Positions 1-9,684 of a DNA stretch of 64,000 bases are shown in pieces (position 1 is the first letter of the stretch; each line of letters begins with the position of its first letter). The position numbers and the translations under genes are program-made. The notes under the pieces are model-generated. The model was not told the origin of the DNA. It did no database searches and worked only from the letters and a program-made list of their open reading frames with translations. This DNA comes from an uncultured Flavobacteriales bacterium (lineage in GTDB: Bacteria; Bacteroidota; Bacteroidia; Flavobacteriales_D; Crocinitomicaceae): assembly GCA_903935095.1 (NCBI GenBank), contig CAIZQH010000017.1:12215-76214 (forward strand), given 5' to 3'.

Positions 1-588
1 CTTTAAATTTCGCTTCATTTGTCCTTGCGCGCAATAGGTGACAAAAACCCCACCCGGATTTAGCATACCATGCATTTTTTTCAAAACGGGTAAGTTCCAA
101 ATGTCAGCTTGCACCCTCGGTCCAAACGCATCGAAAAAAATCAGGTCTACTTTTTCTTCGATGTCAAGTTCATATATCGTTTGTTCAATTTTTTTCAACT
201 GAAAAAACGGACTTATTTCTTGAAACTTGCCCCACTCTGCGGACATGATTTCTGAATAACTTTCACTTTCTGATTTTCCCTGAGCATAATCCATTTGACG
301 CCAAATGTCTTCCGAAATTGGATGCAATTCAATTCCGACGTACGAAATCTTCCGTTGATGCTTTTCCGCCCACTGAGCAGTTAACAAAGCATTGAGTCCC
401 GTTCCGAATCCCATTTCAAAAATGGCAATGGATGTCGTTTTTGCTGCGACATAGGAAAGTCCTTGTTCGATGAACACATGAAGCGCCTCTTGAATTGCAC
501 CATGAGAAGAATGATACGTCTCATCTAAACTCTGCAGATAGAGCGTTTTTGAACCATCGGCTGTCAGACGTATTTCCGGATTTTCCAT
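1..588 (-). CDS. mnmD: standalone MnmC-type tRNA (mnm5s2U34) methyltransferase-domain protein (DUF752/MnmD-like); C-terminal end cut by window edge
   Basis: Not in the ORF track because there is no stop in the window. My minus-strand translation from the ATG at 586-588 is open to position 1 (196 codons): MENPEIRLTADGSKTLYLQSLDETYHSSHGAIQEALHVFIEQGL..FEMGFGTGLNALL..DLIFFDAFGPRVQADIWNLPVLKKMHGMLNPGGVFVTYCAQGQMKRNLK. The GFGTGLN SAM loop and the FFDAFxP motif are typical of the MnmC methyltransferase domain. Confidence 0.6.
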   Translation of the reverse strand, partial: MENPEIRLTADGSKTLYLQSLDETYHSSHGAIQEALHVFIEQGLSYVAAKTTSIAIFEMGFGTGLNALLTAQWAEKHQRKISYVGIELHPISEDIWRQMDYAQGKSESESYSEIMSAEWGKFQEISPFFQLKKIEQTIYELDIEEKVDLIFFDAFGPRVQADIWNLPVLKKMHGMLNPGGVFVTYCAQGQMKRNLK

Positions 589-589
589 C

Positions 590-1228
590 TTACTTTTTTC
601 GAGCAATCATGAGTCCATCGCGAATGGGAAGTAAAACTTCCTCTACACGTTCATCCGTATGAATCAAGGTATTTAGTTTTCGCAACAAAACAGTGTCCTT
701 GTCATTTTTCTGAGAATCAGTGACTTTCCCAGACCAAAGGACATTGTCCAAAATGATGTATCCACCTGATTTCACCAAAGGCAATACCATCTCATAGTAT
801 TCTATGTAATTCTGTTTATCGGCATCAATAAATACTAGATCCCAGGTTTCATTTAAAGATGGAATCACCTCCAATGCTGGAGAAATCACATAACTTATTT
901 GCTTAGAAAAAGACGATTCGTCGAAATAAGATTGGACGCGAGCTGCGAGTTCTTCGTTGACATCTATCGTCACGAGTTTACCGTCAGGGGAAAGTCCTTC
1001 AGCCATACACAGCGCTGAATATCCAGTATAGGTTCCTATTTCCAGGATGCGTTTCGGTTGAATCATTTTCGAAAGCATGCTCAACACACGTCCTTGAAAA
1101 TGCCCACTTAACATCCGCGGTTGCAATACCTCTAAATGAGTCTCCCGATTGATGCGTTTTAGCAATTCATTTTCATCGGCTGTATGGGAGCAACAGTATT
1201 GATCTAATTCTTGTGTGATGAATTCCAT
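590..1228 (-). CDS. class I SAM-dependent O-methyltransferase, caffeoyl-CoA OMT / YrrM(TrmR)-like family
   Basis: 212-aa ORF. LEIGTYTGYSALCMA (SAM loop) and VFIDADKQNY are typical of family-3 O-methyltransferases. Its stop codon lies 1 nt from the ATG of the mnmD-like gene. Confidence 0.75.
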   Translation of the reverse strand: MEFITQELDQYCCSHTADENELLKRINRETHLEVLQPRMLSGHFQGRVLSMLSKMIQPKRILEIGTYTGYSALCMAEGLSPDGKLVTIDVNEELAARVQSYFDESSFSKQISYVISPALEVIPSLNETWDLVFIDADKQNYIEYYEMVLPLVKSGGYIILDNVLWSGKVTDSQKNDKDTVLLRKLNTLIHTDERVEEVLLPIRDGLMIARKK

Positions 1229-1261
1229 GTTTGTTCGTTAAGTTTACAAAAGTAATGGAAA

Positions 1262-1807
1262 TTACTTCTTTCGTTTAATCGTATGCTTCAGCTTCATGAC
1301 AGCAGAATTAAATTCGATGGATGTTTCCGTTTCATCCGTTTTTAAGTCCGGTCCAAGTAACTCATTTAATACTCCAGATCCTTTTTCCAGTAATTCTGCC
1401 GTTATTTGTTCATCTTTGGAATGTACACTTTTCTGAACCAGCCTTGTAAATTCTTTGATACGTGCATACGTTTCAATAATCGCAATTGTTGTTTCTGTCG
1501 CGCGTTCACTTTTAAGTATGGTCGCTAGCATGTACAATCCCTTCTCCGTAAAGGCTTTTGCTTGGTATTTCGTATGCTTCCCTCTGGCTGAATTGTTTAA
1601 GGTCGAAATTTTCGACCTTAAAGATTTTGATTCTTCTTCATCCAAAAACAAAACATAACCTTCCGGAAATTTCTCTGGATTATTTCGGTATGCTTCGTTC
1701 ACACGTTTTGTTTCAATCCCATATAAAGAAGCAACGTCGCGGTCCAACAATACTTTTTGATTGCGAACAACAATTAATTTGGACTCAATTTGACTCAGTT
1801 CATTCAT
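1262..1807 (-). CDS. ORF6N (KilA-N-like) DNA-binding domain protein
   Basis: 181 aa. The N-terminal VVRNQKVLLDRDVASLYGIETKRVNEAYRNNPEKFPEGYVLFL resembles the ORF6N domain of phage antirepressor-like proteins. It lies 33 nt upstream of the O-methyltransferase on the same strand. Confidence 0.6.
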   Translation of the reverse strand: MNELSQIESKLIVVRNQKVLLDRDVASLYGIETKRVNEAYRNNPEKFPEGYVLFLDEEESKSLRSKISTLNNSARGKHTKYQAKAFTEKGLYMLATILKSERATETTIAIIETYARIKEFTRLVQKSVHSKDEQITAELLEKGSGVLNELLGPDLKTDETETSIEFNSAVMKLKHTIKRKK

Positions 1808-1887
1808 GAATTTAGGGGGTTTCGGTTAAAACGGACGGCTAAAACGTTTAAATATTTCTCATTAAGAACGTGATAAGCCCAATTTCA

Positions 1888-1919
1888 TTGCCTATAGTTC
1901 TTTCAATTTCCTAAATTTG
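1888..1919 (+). promoter_or_regulatory. Bacteroidota-type promoter for alaS (-33 TTG, -7 TAAATTTG)
   Basis: TTG at 1888-1890, a 21-nt spacer, then TAAATTTG at 1912-1919, 19 nt before the alaS ATG. This matches the TTG / TAnnTTTG consensus known for Bacteroidota housekeeping promoters. Confidence 0.45.
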
Positions 1920-1938
1920 CAAGCAAATAAACTTTACC

Positions 1939-4554
1939 ATGACGGTTTCTGAAATACGCCAGCAATTTTTTGACTTTTTTGAAAGCAAAGGACACCAAAT
2001 TGTTCCTTCTGCGCCAATGGTCGTTAAAAACGATCCTACCTTAATGTTCACGAATGCGGGGATGAATCAATTCAAAGATTTTTTCCTTGGGCATCAGCAA
2101 GCCACACAAAAACGGGTAGCAAATTCTCAAAAATGTTTACGCGTTTCAGGTAAACACAACGACCTTGAAGAAGTGGGTGTAGATACTTACCACCACACGA
2201 TGTTCGAAATGCTTGGGAACTGGTCGTTTGGAGATTACTTCAAAGAGGAAGCGATTACATGGGCTTGGGAATTGTTAACATCTGTATATAAAATCCCTGT
2301 TGATCGTTTATACGTGACAGTATTCGAAGGCGATGAAAAAGACGGAGTACCAAGAGACGATGAAAGTTTCGCTATTTGGAAAAAATTTATTGCAGAAGAC
2401 CGAATCATTTTAGCATCGAAAAAAGATAATTTCTGGGAGATGGGCGATACGGGTCCGTGCGGACCTTGTTCAGAGATTCATGTGGATTTAAGAAATGAAG
2501 TTGATCGTCAAGCAGTAAATGGATTAACCTTAGTAAACAACGACCATCCACAAGTGATTGAAATTTGGAACAACGTGTTCATGCAATTCAACCGTAAAGC
2601 GAATGGCAGTTTGGAACCGCTTCCCTCCACGCATGTGGACACGGGAATGGGACTAGAGCGTTTAGCAATGGCCTTGCAAGGAAAACAAAGTAACTACGAT
2701 ACCGATTTATTCCAAACGCTCATACAATTTGTTTCCAAGGAAAGTGGAATTCCTTATGGGAAATCCGAAGAAACGGATATCGCACTACGTGTGATTGCTG
2801 ATCATATTCGAGCGATCAGTTTTTCCATTTCTGATGGACAATTACCTTCCAACACAGGAGCTGGATATGTGATACGTCGGATTTTGCGTCGAGCGGTTCG
2901 TTATGGGTATCAAACACTGGGAATGAAGGAGCCATTCCTGTGTAAATTATCCGGTGTGTTAGTGCAATTGATGGGACATCCATACGAGGAGTTGATCAAA
3001 CAAAAAGACCTCATTGAAAAAGTCATCCGAGAGGAGGAACTAAGCTTTTTCCGCACCTTGGAGCAAGGAATTAAACGTATGGATGATTTAATGCTTGCTA
3101 GCAAGAACCTGAATCAGACCATTATTTCTGGTGAGAACGTATTTGAACTATACGACACCTATGGATTTCCTGTCGATTTAACTTCGCTTATCGCTCGTGA
3201 AAACGGCTTTAGCATTGATGAAGATGGATTCCAAGCGCAACTTCAAGTTCAAAAAGACCGTTCAAGAGCAGCATCTGTTATCGAAACAGACGATTGGGTG
3301 CAAATTGCAACAGATGTTCCTACCGTATTTGTTGGATATGATCAAAAACAAGCACCTGTTCACCTGACAAAATACCGTAAAGTCAGTCAAAAAGGAAGAT
3401 CGTTTTTTCAACTCGTTTTAAATCAAACACCCTTTTATCCAGAAGGTGGTGGTCAGATTGGGGACAAAGGAATCCTGAAGGCAGCCGATGAAACTATCCG
3501 TATTTTTGACACAAAGAAAGAAAATAACTTAATCATTCATTTAAGCGAACAACTCCCATCAAATTTGAACGGAGCATTCACTGCTATAATTGATTTGGGC
3601 ACACAAGAGCAAACAGCAAAAAATCATAGTGCTACTCACCTACTACACCATGCTTTACGTATTGTTTTAGGAACACATGTAGAACAAAAAGGATCCTTAG
3701 TGAACGCTTCGAACTTGCGTTTTGACTTTTCACACTTTTCGAAAGTCAGTGATGAAGAAATTGAACAAATTGAAGCATTGGTTAATTCGGCAATTGCCGC
3801 AAACATTCCATTGGATGAACATCGAACCATGGCCATCGATCAAGCGAAAGCCCTCGGTGCAATGGCATTGTTTGGCGAGAAATATGGCGACCATGTTCGT
3901 GTCATTAAATTCGGTGAATCAGTCGAATTGTGCGGTGGGATTCACGTTCCCGACACTGCTAAAATCGGACTCTTTAAAATTGTTTCTGAATCAGCCGTTG
4001 CAGCTGGTGTTCGACGAATGGAAGCCATTACAGGAAAGGCAGCTGAAGATTATTACAAAGAAAAAGCGGCTACTTTAGCTCAAATTCAATCAGCACTTAA
4101 AAATCCAAAAGACATCGTTAAATCAGTAGAGGATTTACTATCAAAAAACCAACAATTACAGAAAGAAATCGAACAACTCATCCGTAAGAAAGCAAGTCAA
4201 TTAAAGTCAAACCTAAAATCACAAATTGTCAAAATCGGTGATGTTTCATTTTTAGGCGCAATTGTGGACATCGATGCCAATTCTGTGAAGGACATATTAT
4301 TCCAATTGAAAAGTGAAAATGAAAATTTTGTGGCAATTATAGGTAATAAAGACGAGGACAAATGTGGACTTAGTTTGATGATAGATGAGCAACTCGTCGC
4401 ATCAAAAGTTTGGAATGCGGCACAATGGATTCGTGACGTTGCCTCTCATATTCAAGGTGGTGGCGGTGGACAACCATTCTTTGCAACGGCCGGAGGAAAA
4501 CGAAGTGAAGGATTGCAAACAGCTATTGACGAAATAAAAGCAAAAATTGCCTAA
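1939..4554 (+). CDS. alaS: alanine--tRNA ligase
   Basis: 871 aa. N-terminus IRQQFFDFFESKGHQIVPSAPMVVKNDPTLMFTNAGMNQFKD; editing-domain HSATHLLHHAL and CGGIHV zinc motifs; C-terminal DHHA1-like GGGGQ. Confidence 0.97.
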   Translation: MTVSEIRQQFFDFFESKGHQIVPSAPMVVKNDPTLMFTNAGMNQFKDFFLGHQQATQKRVANSQKCLRVSGKHNDLEEVGVDTYHHTMFEMLGNWSFGDYFKEEAITWAWELLTSVYKIPVDRLYVTVFEGDEKDGVPRDDESFAIWKKFIAEDRIILASKKDNFWEMGDTGPCGPCSEIHVDLRNEVDRQAVNGLTLVNNDHPQVIEIWNNVFMQFNRKANGSLEPLPSTHVDTGMGLERLAMALQGKQSNYDTDLFQTLIQFVSKESGIPYGKSEETDIALRVIADHIRAISFSISDGQLPSNTGAGYVIRRILRRAVRYGYQTLGMKEPFLCKLSGVLVQLMGHPYEELIKQKDLIEKVIREEELSFFRTLEQGIKRMDDLMLASKNLNQTIISGENVFELYDTYGFPVDLTSLIARENGFSIDEDGFQAQLQVQKDRSRAASVIETDDWVQIATDVPTVFVGYDQKQAPVHLTKYRKVSQKGRSFFQLVLNQTPFYPEGGGQIGDKGILKAADETIRIFDTKKENNLIIHLSEQLPSNLNGAFTAIIDLGTQEQTAKNHSATHLLHHALRIVLGTHVEQKGSLVNASNLRFDFSHFSKVSDEEIEQIEALVNSAIAANIPLDEHRTMAIDQAKALGAMALFGEKYGDHVRVIKFGESVELCGGIHVPDTAKIGLFKIVSESAVAAGVRRMEAITGKAAEDYYKEKAATLAQIQSALKNPKDIVKSVEDLLSKNQQLQKEIEQLIRKKASQLKSNLKSQIVKIGDVSFLGAIVDIDANSVKDILFQLKSENENFVAIIGNKDEDKCGLSLMIDEQLVASKVWNAAQWIRDVASHIQGGGGGQPFFATAGGKRSEGLQTAIDEIKAKIA

Positions 4555-5851
4555 CTCAAAAAAAGTATTGATTATTACATACTACTGGCCGCCAAGTGGA
4601 GGCAGTGGTGTTCAGCGATGGCTACATTTTAGTCGGTATTTATCTCAATTAGGTTGGGAACCAATTATTTATACACCTGAAAATGCGGAAGCACCAGTTT
4701 TCGATGAAAGTTTAAAAGATGCGTTTACGGAATCTGTACACGTCATAAAATACCCCATTTGGGAGCCATTTCACGCATACAAAGTGCTCACAGGGAAAAA
4801 AGGAAAGAAATTACAAACAGGATTTTTAAATGAAGGCGGGAAACAAGATAAAAAGTGGATTCAAAAAATAGCACTTTGGTTGCGCGCAAATTTGTTTATA
4901 CCTGATGCCAAAAAATTCTGGATCAAACCTTCTATTCAACACCTCAGCGATTTCTTGAAAGATCATCCGGTAGATATCATCGTTTCGACTGGACCACCAC
5001 ATACGACACACCTTATTGCACTTGGATTGAAACGTGCTACTGGAATACCTTGGCTAGCTGATTTTAGAGATCCTTGGACAAACATCGATTGGTTCGATAA
5101 ACTTCCGATGACTTTCCTGGCCAAACGCAAGCATCACCGCTTAGAACAAGAAGTATTAAGAGAAGCAACTGGAATCACATGTGTGAGTCGAACCATGATC
5201 GAGGAATTTGAGGAATTAGCGAATCGTCCTGTGAAATTAATTACCAATGGATTTGCGCCAACGGACTTTCAACATTTCGATAAAAAAGTGGATAAACACT
5301 TCACGATTCTTCATACCGGATCACTGAATGCCGACCGCAACCCAATCGTATTTTGGGAATTTTTAGCTCAAGAAGTTTCCCGAAATGAATTCTTAAGAAA
5401 CAAATTAAAAATTCAATTGGTCGGCGCCGTTGATGTGAGCGTAATTCATTCCATTGAATCTTGTGGACTGCGTCCCTATTTGGATCAAAGACCCTTTATT
5501 CCACACCAAGAAGTTATTGCATTGATGTCTTCATGCTCTTTATTGTTAATGCCTTTAAACAACGTTAAGAATCAACAAGGAATTATCCCTGGTAAAATGT
5601 TTGAGTATTTAGCTAGTAATCAACCTATTTTAGCAATCGGACCTGTCACAGGTGATTCTGCAAAAATTCTGAAGGAACAAGAAGGCACATTGGTCATTGG
5701 ATTCAAAGAAATTCCATCTTGGCCACAAATTGAACACTTGTGTAAAGGGATGCCAAATCGGTCAACTACCTTAAATCCGTACAGCAGACAAGAACTCGCG
5801 AAGGAAATGAGTCTCTATTTAGATGAACTCATCCTAAAATCTTCAAAATGA
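4547..5851 (+). CDS. glycosyltransferase, GT4-like
   Basis: 434 aa. N-terminal KVLIITYYWPPSGGSGVQRWLHFSRYL is typical of GT-B/GT4 enzymes. C-terminal half contains an E-x7-E-like region (GKMFEYLASNQPILA). The start overlaps the alaS stop by 8 nt. Confidence 0.65.
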   Translation: MPNSKKVLIITYYWPPSGGSGVQRWLHFSRYLSQLGWEPIIYTPENAEAPVFDESLKDAFTESVHVIKYPIWEPFHAYKVLTGKKGKKLQTGFLNEGGKQDKKWIQKIALWLRANLFIPDAKKFWIKPSIQHLSDFLKDHPVDIIVSTGPPHTTHLIALGLKRATGIPWLADFRDPWTNIDWFDKLPMTFLAKRKHHRLEQEVLREATGITCVSRTMIEEFEELANRPVKLITNGFAPTDFQHFDKKVDKHFTILHTGSLNADRNPIVFWEFLAQEVSRNEFLRNKLKIQLVGAVDVSVIHSIESCGLRPYLDQRPFIPHQEVIALMSSCSLLLMPLNNVKNQQGIIPGKMFEYLASNQPILAIGPVTGDSAKILKEQEGTLVIGFKEIPSWPQIEHLCKGMPNRSTTLNPYSRQELAKEMSLYLDELILKSSK

Positions 5852-6117
5852 TGTTTGAAATACATTGCGTCCTTCTTTACAACTCACAAAAAAGGTGTTT
5901 CTCCTTACGGTAATTTCTCGATTGATTTTCGCTGATTCACGCTATCACCAATAAAGTGCTGACTAAAAAAAACAAACTAGCTTCAATGAAAATTATGCTT
6001 GTCAATTCCATCCCATTTTCTTCGCTACAAAAACATGGATAAAATATCGATTTTGAAAATTAGAATGAAAATATTATTAATTTTAAAACGAATAAATCAA
6101 CCATAAAACGAAATTAA

Positions 6118-6231
6118 ATGAAAAAAACACTTATTTTAGGAGCCTTTGCATCATTAATAGATGCACAATCAGCGTGTGAAAGTCTATCTGTTACGGTTGG
6201 AACGCTGAACAAAGTTTGTGGATTAGAATAA
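6118..6231 (+). CDS. candidate small secreted two-cysteine peptide (37 aa), unannotated
   Basis: My translation is MKKTLILGAFASLIDAQSACESLSVTVGTLNKVCGLE*. It has a basic N-terminus, a hydrophobic core and A-x-A-like IDA|QSA, which looks like a Sec signal. A strong terminator follows 20 nt downstream. It is below the ORF-track length cutoff and there is no homology evidence. Confidence 0.3.
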   Translation: MKKTLILGAFASLIDAQSACESLSVTVGTLNKVCGLE

Positions 6232-6251
6232 GTCGTATTTATCATATCGAA

Positions 6252-6277
6252 GGGGGGCAATGCCCCCTTTTTTTTTC
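6252..6277 (+). terminator. rho-independent terminator
   Basis: GGGGGC-AAT-GCCCCC stem-loop (6253-6267) followed by a T9 run. The next CDS starts only 8 nt later. Confidence 0.75.
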
Positions 6278-6284
6278 TTAGACC

Positions 6285-6878
6285 ATGAATTTTTTTGATT
6301 CCATTTTTCTCGACCTCGATTTTTCTTGGACAGTTGCTAAATTAATCCCATATGCATTCATGGTTTTACTAGGCTTCACCCTCATCTATTCCTTCCATTC
6401 GCGGATAAAACACCTAGTCAAAAAATGGATTTTGATGTCTATTCTTGGCGTTCTACCATTTAGTCTTTACTTCTTTTTTTACCCTATATATCAGGGCGAT
6501 TTCAGTAATAACCATTTTACACCGAAACAGCTAGAACCGTTCCCTAATAAATTGACATTATCGGTCATTGTATTGCCTGGTTGTCCATACTGCCATGAAA
6601 CCATTTCTTTGATGAATGAACTCATTTCACGCGAACCAAAACTACATATTCGCTATGTTGTTGTCTCCGAATCACAGAGCACGCTCGCTATGTTTACGCC
6701 AACATTAGATAAGCGCATTTCAGTCGTGCGCGCTTCAAACATAAAAAACTGGATTGTTATGGCACAAGGTGGATTTCCGTGCATGATGATTAGTCAACAA
6801 GGAAAGATCATCTATGCTTGGGAAAATGATTTTTTCGGGGTGCGGGCAATCGATGATTACCTTGATCGAAATAACTAA
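6285..6878 (+). CDS. membrane-anchored thioredoxin-fold protein with CPYC active-site motif
   Basis: 197 aa. Two N-terminal hydrophobic helices (AKLIPYAFMVLLGFTLIYSF and ILMSILGVLPFSLYFFFYPIY) are followed by VIVLPGCPYCHETISLMNEL, a thioredoxin/glutaredoxin-like CxxC context. Confidence 0.55.
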   Translation: MNFFDSIFLDLDFSWTVAKLIPYAFMVLLGFTLIYSFHSRIKHLVKKWILMSILGVLPFSLYFFFYPIYQGDFSNNHFTPKQLEPFPNKLTLSVIVLPGCPYCHETISLMNELISREPKLHIRYVVVSESQSTLAMFTPTLDKRISVVRASNIKNWIVMAQGGFPCMMISQQGKIIYAWENDFFGVRAIDDYLDRNN

Positions 6879-6881
6879 TTC

Positions 6882-9647
6882 CTAAGCTTCTTCCTCGATT
6901 ACTTCTACCTTACGATTCATCCAAAACACACCGATACACGCAAGGATGAGTAAACTAGAACCCGCAAAGGATAAATTGCTTCCCGTTTGAAATGCTTGTG
7001 GTTCAAATTTCCATTCAATCAAGTGCTCCCCTTTTTCTATTTTCGCAGCTCGCAACACATAGTTTGCACGAAAAGATTCTATTTTTCTTCCATCCACGTA
7101 ACAATTCCATCCTTCGGGATAATAGATCTCACTAAATACTGCAATTTGATCCACCTTGCTTATACTTTTATAACGCAATTCGTCCGTTCCATATTTCAAT
7201 AATCGAATGCTCGCTGTGGTGTCTGTTTTCGTTCCAGAAGCAATTGATTTGAATTCTTGATGCACAATCGCCTGTTCTTTGGTACGGCAATTTGTTAATG
7301 AACTCAATTCTTCATTTGCATTCGATACCCATTTCACAGATTGAACAAACCATGCAGGTCCATTCGCGTTTGTATTGAGAATAGCTTTCGCGCCTGGATT
7401 CACGACGATGTATTTCGTGTTCAACATATTCAAAGCAGGATTCTTATCAGAAACCGACATTTCATCTATACTTATCGTGTCAAAAATCTGCTGAGCCATT
7501 TCCTGGGTCATTTCCATTTGACTCGCATACGTGCGCAATTTGGCATTTTTCAAGGCACTCACTTCTTGATTGATTTGCTGCATTTCATTCATCACATGAA
7601 AATCAACCATTTCCTGGTATCGTTTTAACTTTGCTCCATGATAACCACCGATACTCTTATGAAAGAAACTCGTCGCAGTTTCGGCCATCGTATTGGAAAA
7701 GCTCAATACACGGTAATCGGTGTTTAAATTCAGGGCTCCGAATTTTGCGTAAACAGCATTCATATCTTGATCCAGCGCATCTTTGTAATACACGTAATCG
7801 GCCATTTTCGAGAATATCATCTGCTCATCTTTTGAATACGACTTCTCCCTAGACAAAATACTCATGTCCGCTGTACTCGGCACGTATGGCATGGATGCAT
7901 CAGATGCAACCACATAACTTGATGTTTGATCACCTGGCAATTCATTATTCAAATAGCGTTTGTTTACTGAAATATTATCCATAAGTACCAACATCACCAA
8001 TCCTCCAATGACAATACCTTTAGGAAGTATAGATCGTGAAATCAAAACGACTATTCCAGCCCCCAATAAAATGAACAAAATGGAACGTCCAATATCTGAT
8101 TTATATAAGTCAATGCGCACATCTTCGATGGCGTTTTTAATCCCACTCAAATAAGTTAATTGACTAGGATCCTTCACGTTTTTCGCTTGATCAGCGAACA
8201 TGGTCACTTCGTTTTTTGTCAAGAAATCACCGGACAAAGATGGAGCTACATACAAAATAAGTGCACCGAAAACCAAGGAAGCACTACCAATTAACCAGGC
8301 TTTTTTCTGACCGATCAAACCCTCTTTACGGAATAACTTATCCAAGAAAAGAACAGCAAGAGTAGGAATCATCACCTGTAAAAGGGTCATGATCATTTTT
8401 GAATCCCTAAACTTATTGTACAAAGGGAATTTATTGATGAAAAAATCGTTGATTCCACCTGGATCATTGGAAGATAGAAGTATTGCTAACAAACCTATTA
8501 CCAAGAAAGGCCACTTCAATGAATCTTTGAGAAAAATCAATCCCATCAGGAAGAAAAATAACATCACTACACCAAAGTAGAACGCTCCGCCACTGAAGCT
8601 TTGTCCGCCCCAATAACTTGGGAAAGCAGGTTTTGATGGATCCGTATTCAATAAAACATCTGCATATTGGTAATAATCCGGATTGGCGTTAATCAATTCA
8701 ACTGCTTTTTCGTTATTCCCGAGCAAATCTGTTTTTCCCCCTTTTGCATTCGGCGCAACAAGCGAAAGCCATTCTCCTGCACCGAAATTGTATTCTAAAA
8801 TGTAATTTTTATTCAATCCTTCCTTTGCCGTCATTTTCGCTGCTTGACCTTTGGGTTTGATTGTTAAATCAGATGTTCCTCTGGTTGTATACTTACTATA
8901 CTCAAAAGTCGTCATCAAATTACTTGCAGAAGACATCAAGGTAAGAATAGAAACCACTGCCATTGCACCCACAGATTTTCCTAAATAAATCCATTCTTTT
9001 TTTAATGCTAAACGAATCACTTCCGAAATAGCTACTGCAATGAGTAAAAAGGACAAATAATACGTCATCTGTAAGTGATTCGCGGTTAAATTCAACCCGA
9101 AAAACAGTCCAAAAACGGCTGCACCCAACAACCATTTCCCTCGGAAAGCCAAAATCAATCCACCCAAAGCGGGTGCCATGTATGCGATTGCATTCACTTT
9201 AGACATGTGTCCAGCACCGATATACAAGATATTAATTGTTGAAAATCCAAAAGCGATGGCTCCAATCATTCCCAGCCATGGATTTACTCGTAAACAAAGG
9301 GTTAAAATGTAAAAACCGAGCATGCTAATGAACAAAATACCTACTGGTCTTGGTAATCCAAGTTTTATCGCTTGATCGATATAGGTCAACCAATTTGAAT
9401 TGTGCTGAACAGATATTTGATAACTAGGCATCCCTCCAAACATGGAATTCGTCCACAATGGTCTTTCTCCATCAACGAATTCATGATCTACAATTTCTTT
9501 GGACATTCCCTGAAATTGGCGAATATCACTTTGTTTTAAGCTAAATCCATCAAACATGGGAGAAAAGAATATGCTTGATAGCATCAGAAATGCCGCAACG
9601 GCAACAAGGTGCGGAAGTAGGGTTTTAATTTTAGGATTCATGTTCAT
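6882..9647 (-). CDS. YfhO-family-like large polytopic membrane protein (putative envelope glycosyltransferase)
   Basis: 921 aa. More than 10 hydrophobic segments lie in the first ~560 aa. A large soluble domain and a final C-terminal TM (LSFAGSSLLILACIGVFWM) follow. The architecture and N-terminus resemble Bacteroidota YfhO-family proteins. Confidence 0.55.
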   Translation of the reverse strand: MNMNPKIKTLLPHLVAVAAFLMLSSIFFSPMFDGFSLKQSDIRQFQGMSKEIVDHEFVDGERPLWTNSMFGGMPSYQISVQHNSNWLTYIDQAIKLGLPRPVGILFISMLGFYILTLCLRVNPWLGMIGAIAFGFSTINILYIGAGHMSKVNAIAYMAPALGGLILAFRGKWLLGAAVFGLFFGLNLTANHLQMTYYLSFLLIAVAISEVIRLALKKEWIYLGKSVGAMAVVSILTLMSSASNLMTTFEYSKYTTRGTSDLTIKPKGQAAKMTAKEGLNKNYILEYNFGAGEWLSLVAPNAKGGKTDLLGNNEKAVELINANPDYYQYADVLLNTDPSKPAFPSYWGGQSFSGGAFYFGVVMLFFFLMGLIFLKDSLKWPFLVIGLLAILLSSNDPGGINDFFINKFPLYNKFRDSKMIMTLLQVMIPTLAVLFLDKLFRKEGLIGQKKAWLIGSASLVFGALILYVAPSLSGDFLTKNEVTMFADQAKNVKDPSQLTYLSGIKNAIEDVRIDLYKSDIGRSILFILLGAGIVVLISRSILPKGIVIGGLVMLVLMDNISVNKRYLNNELPGDQTSSYVVASDASMPYVPSTADMSILSREKSYSKDEQMIFSKMADYVYYKDALDQDMNAVYAKFGALNLNTDYRVLSFSNTMAETATSFFHKSIGGYHGAKLKRYQEMVDFHVMNEMQQINQEVSALKNAKLRTYASQMEMTQEMAQQIFDTISIDEMSVSDKNPALNMLNTKYIVVNPGAKAILNTNANGPAWFVQSVKWVSNANEELSSLTNCRTKEQAIVHQEFKSIASGTKTDTTASIRLLKYGTDELRYKSISKVDQIAVFSEIYYPEGWNCYVDGRKIESFRANYVLRAAKIEKGEHLIEWKFEPQAFQTGSNLSFAGSSLLILACIGVFWMNRKVEVIEEEA

Positions 9648-9684
9648 TCTATTTTTTTGTGAAAGTAGCTAATTCTATGAAAAG

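Noticed and set aside
1262-1807. The ORF6N/KilA-N gene as evidence for a prophage or mobile element.
   Set aside because: It is a single gene flanked by alaS and tRNA-modification genes. There are no structural, replication or recombination genes and no flanking repeats.
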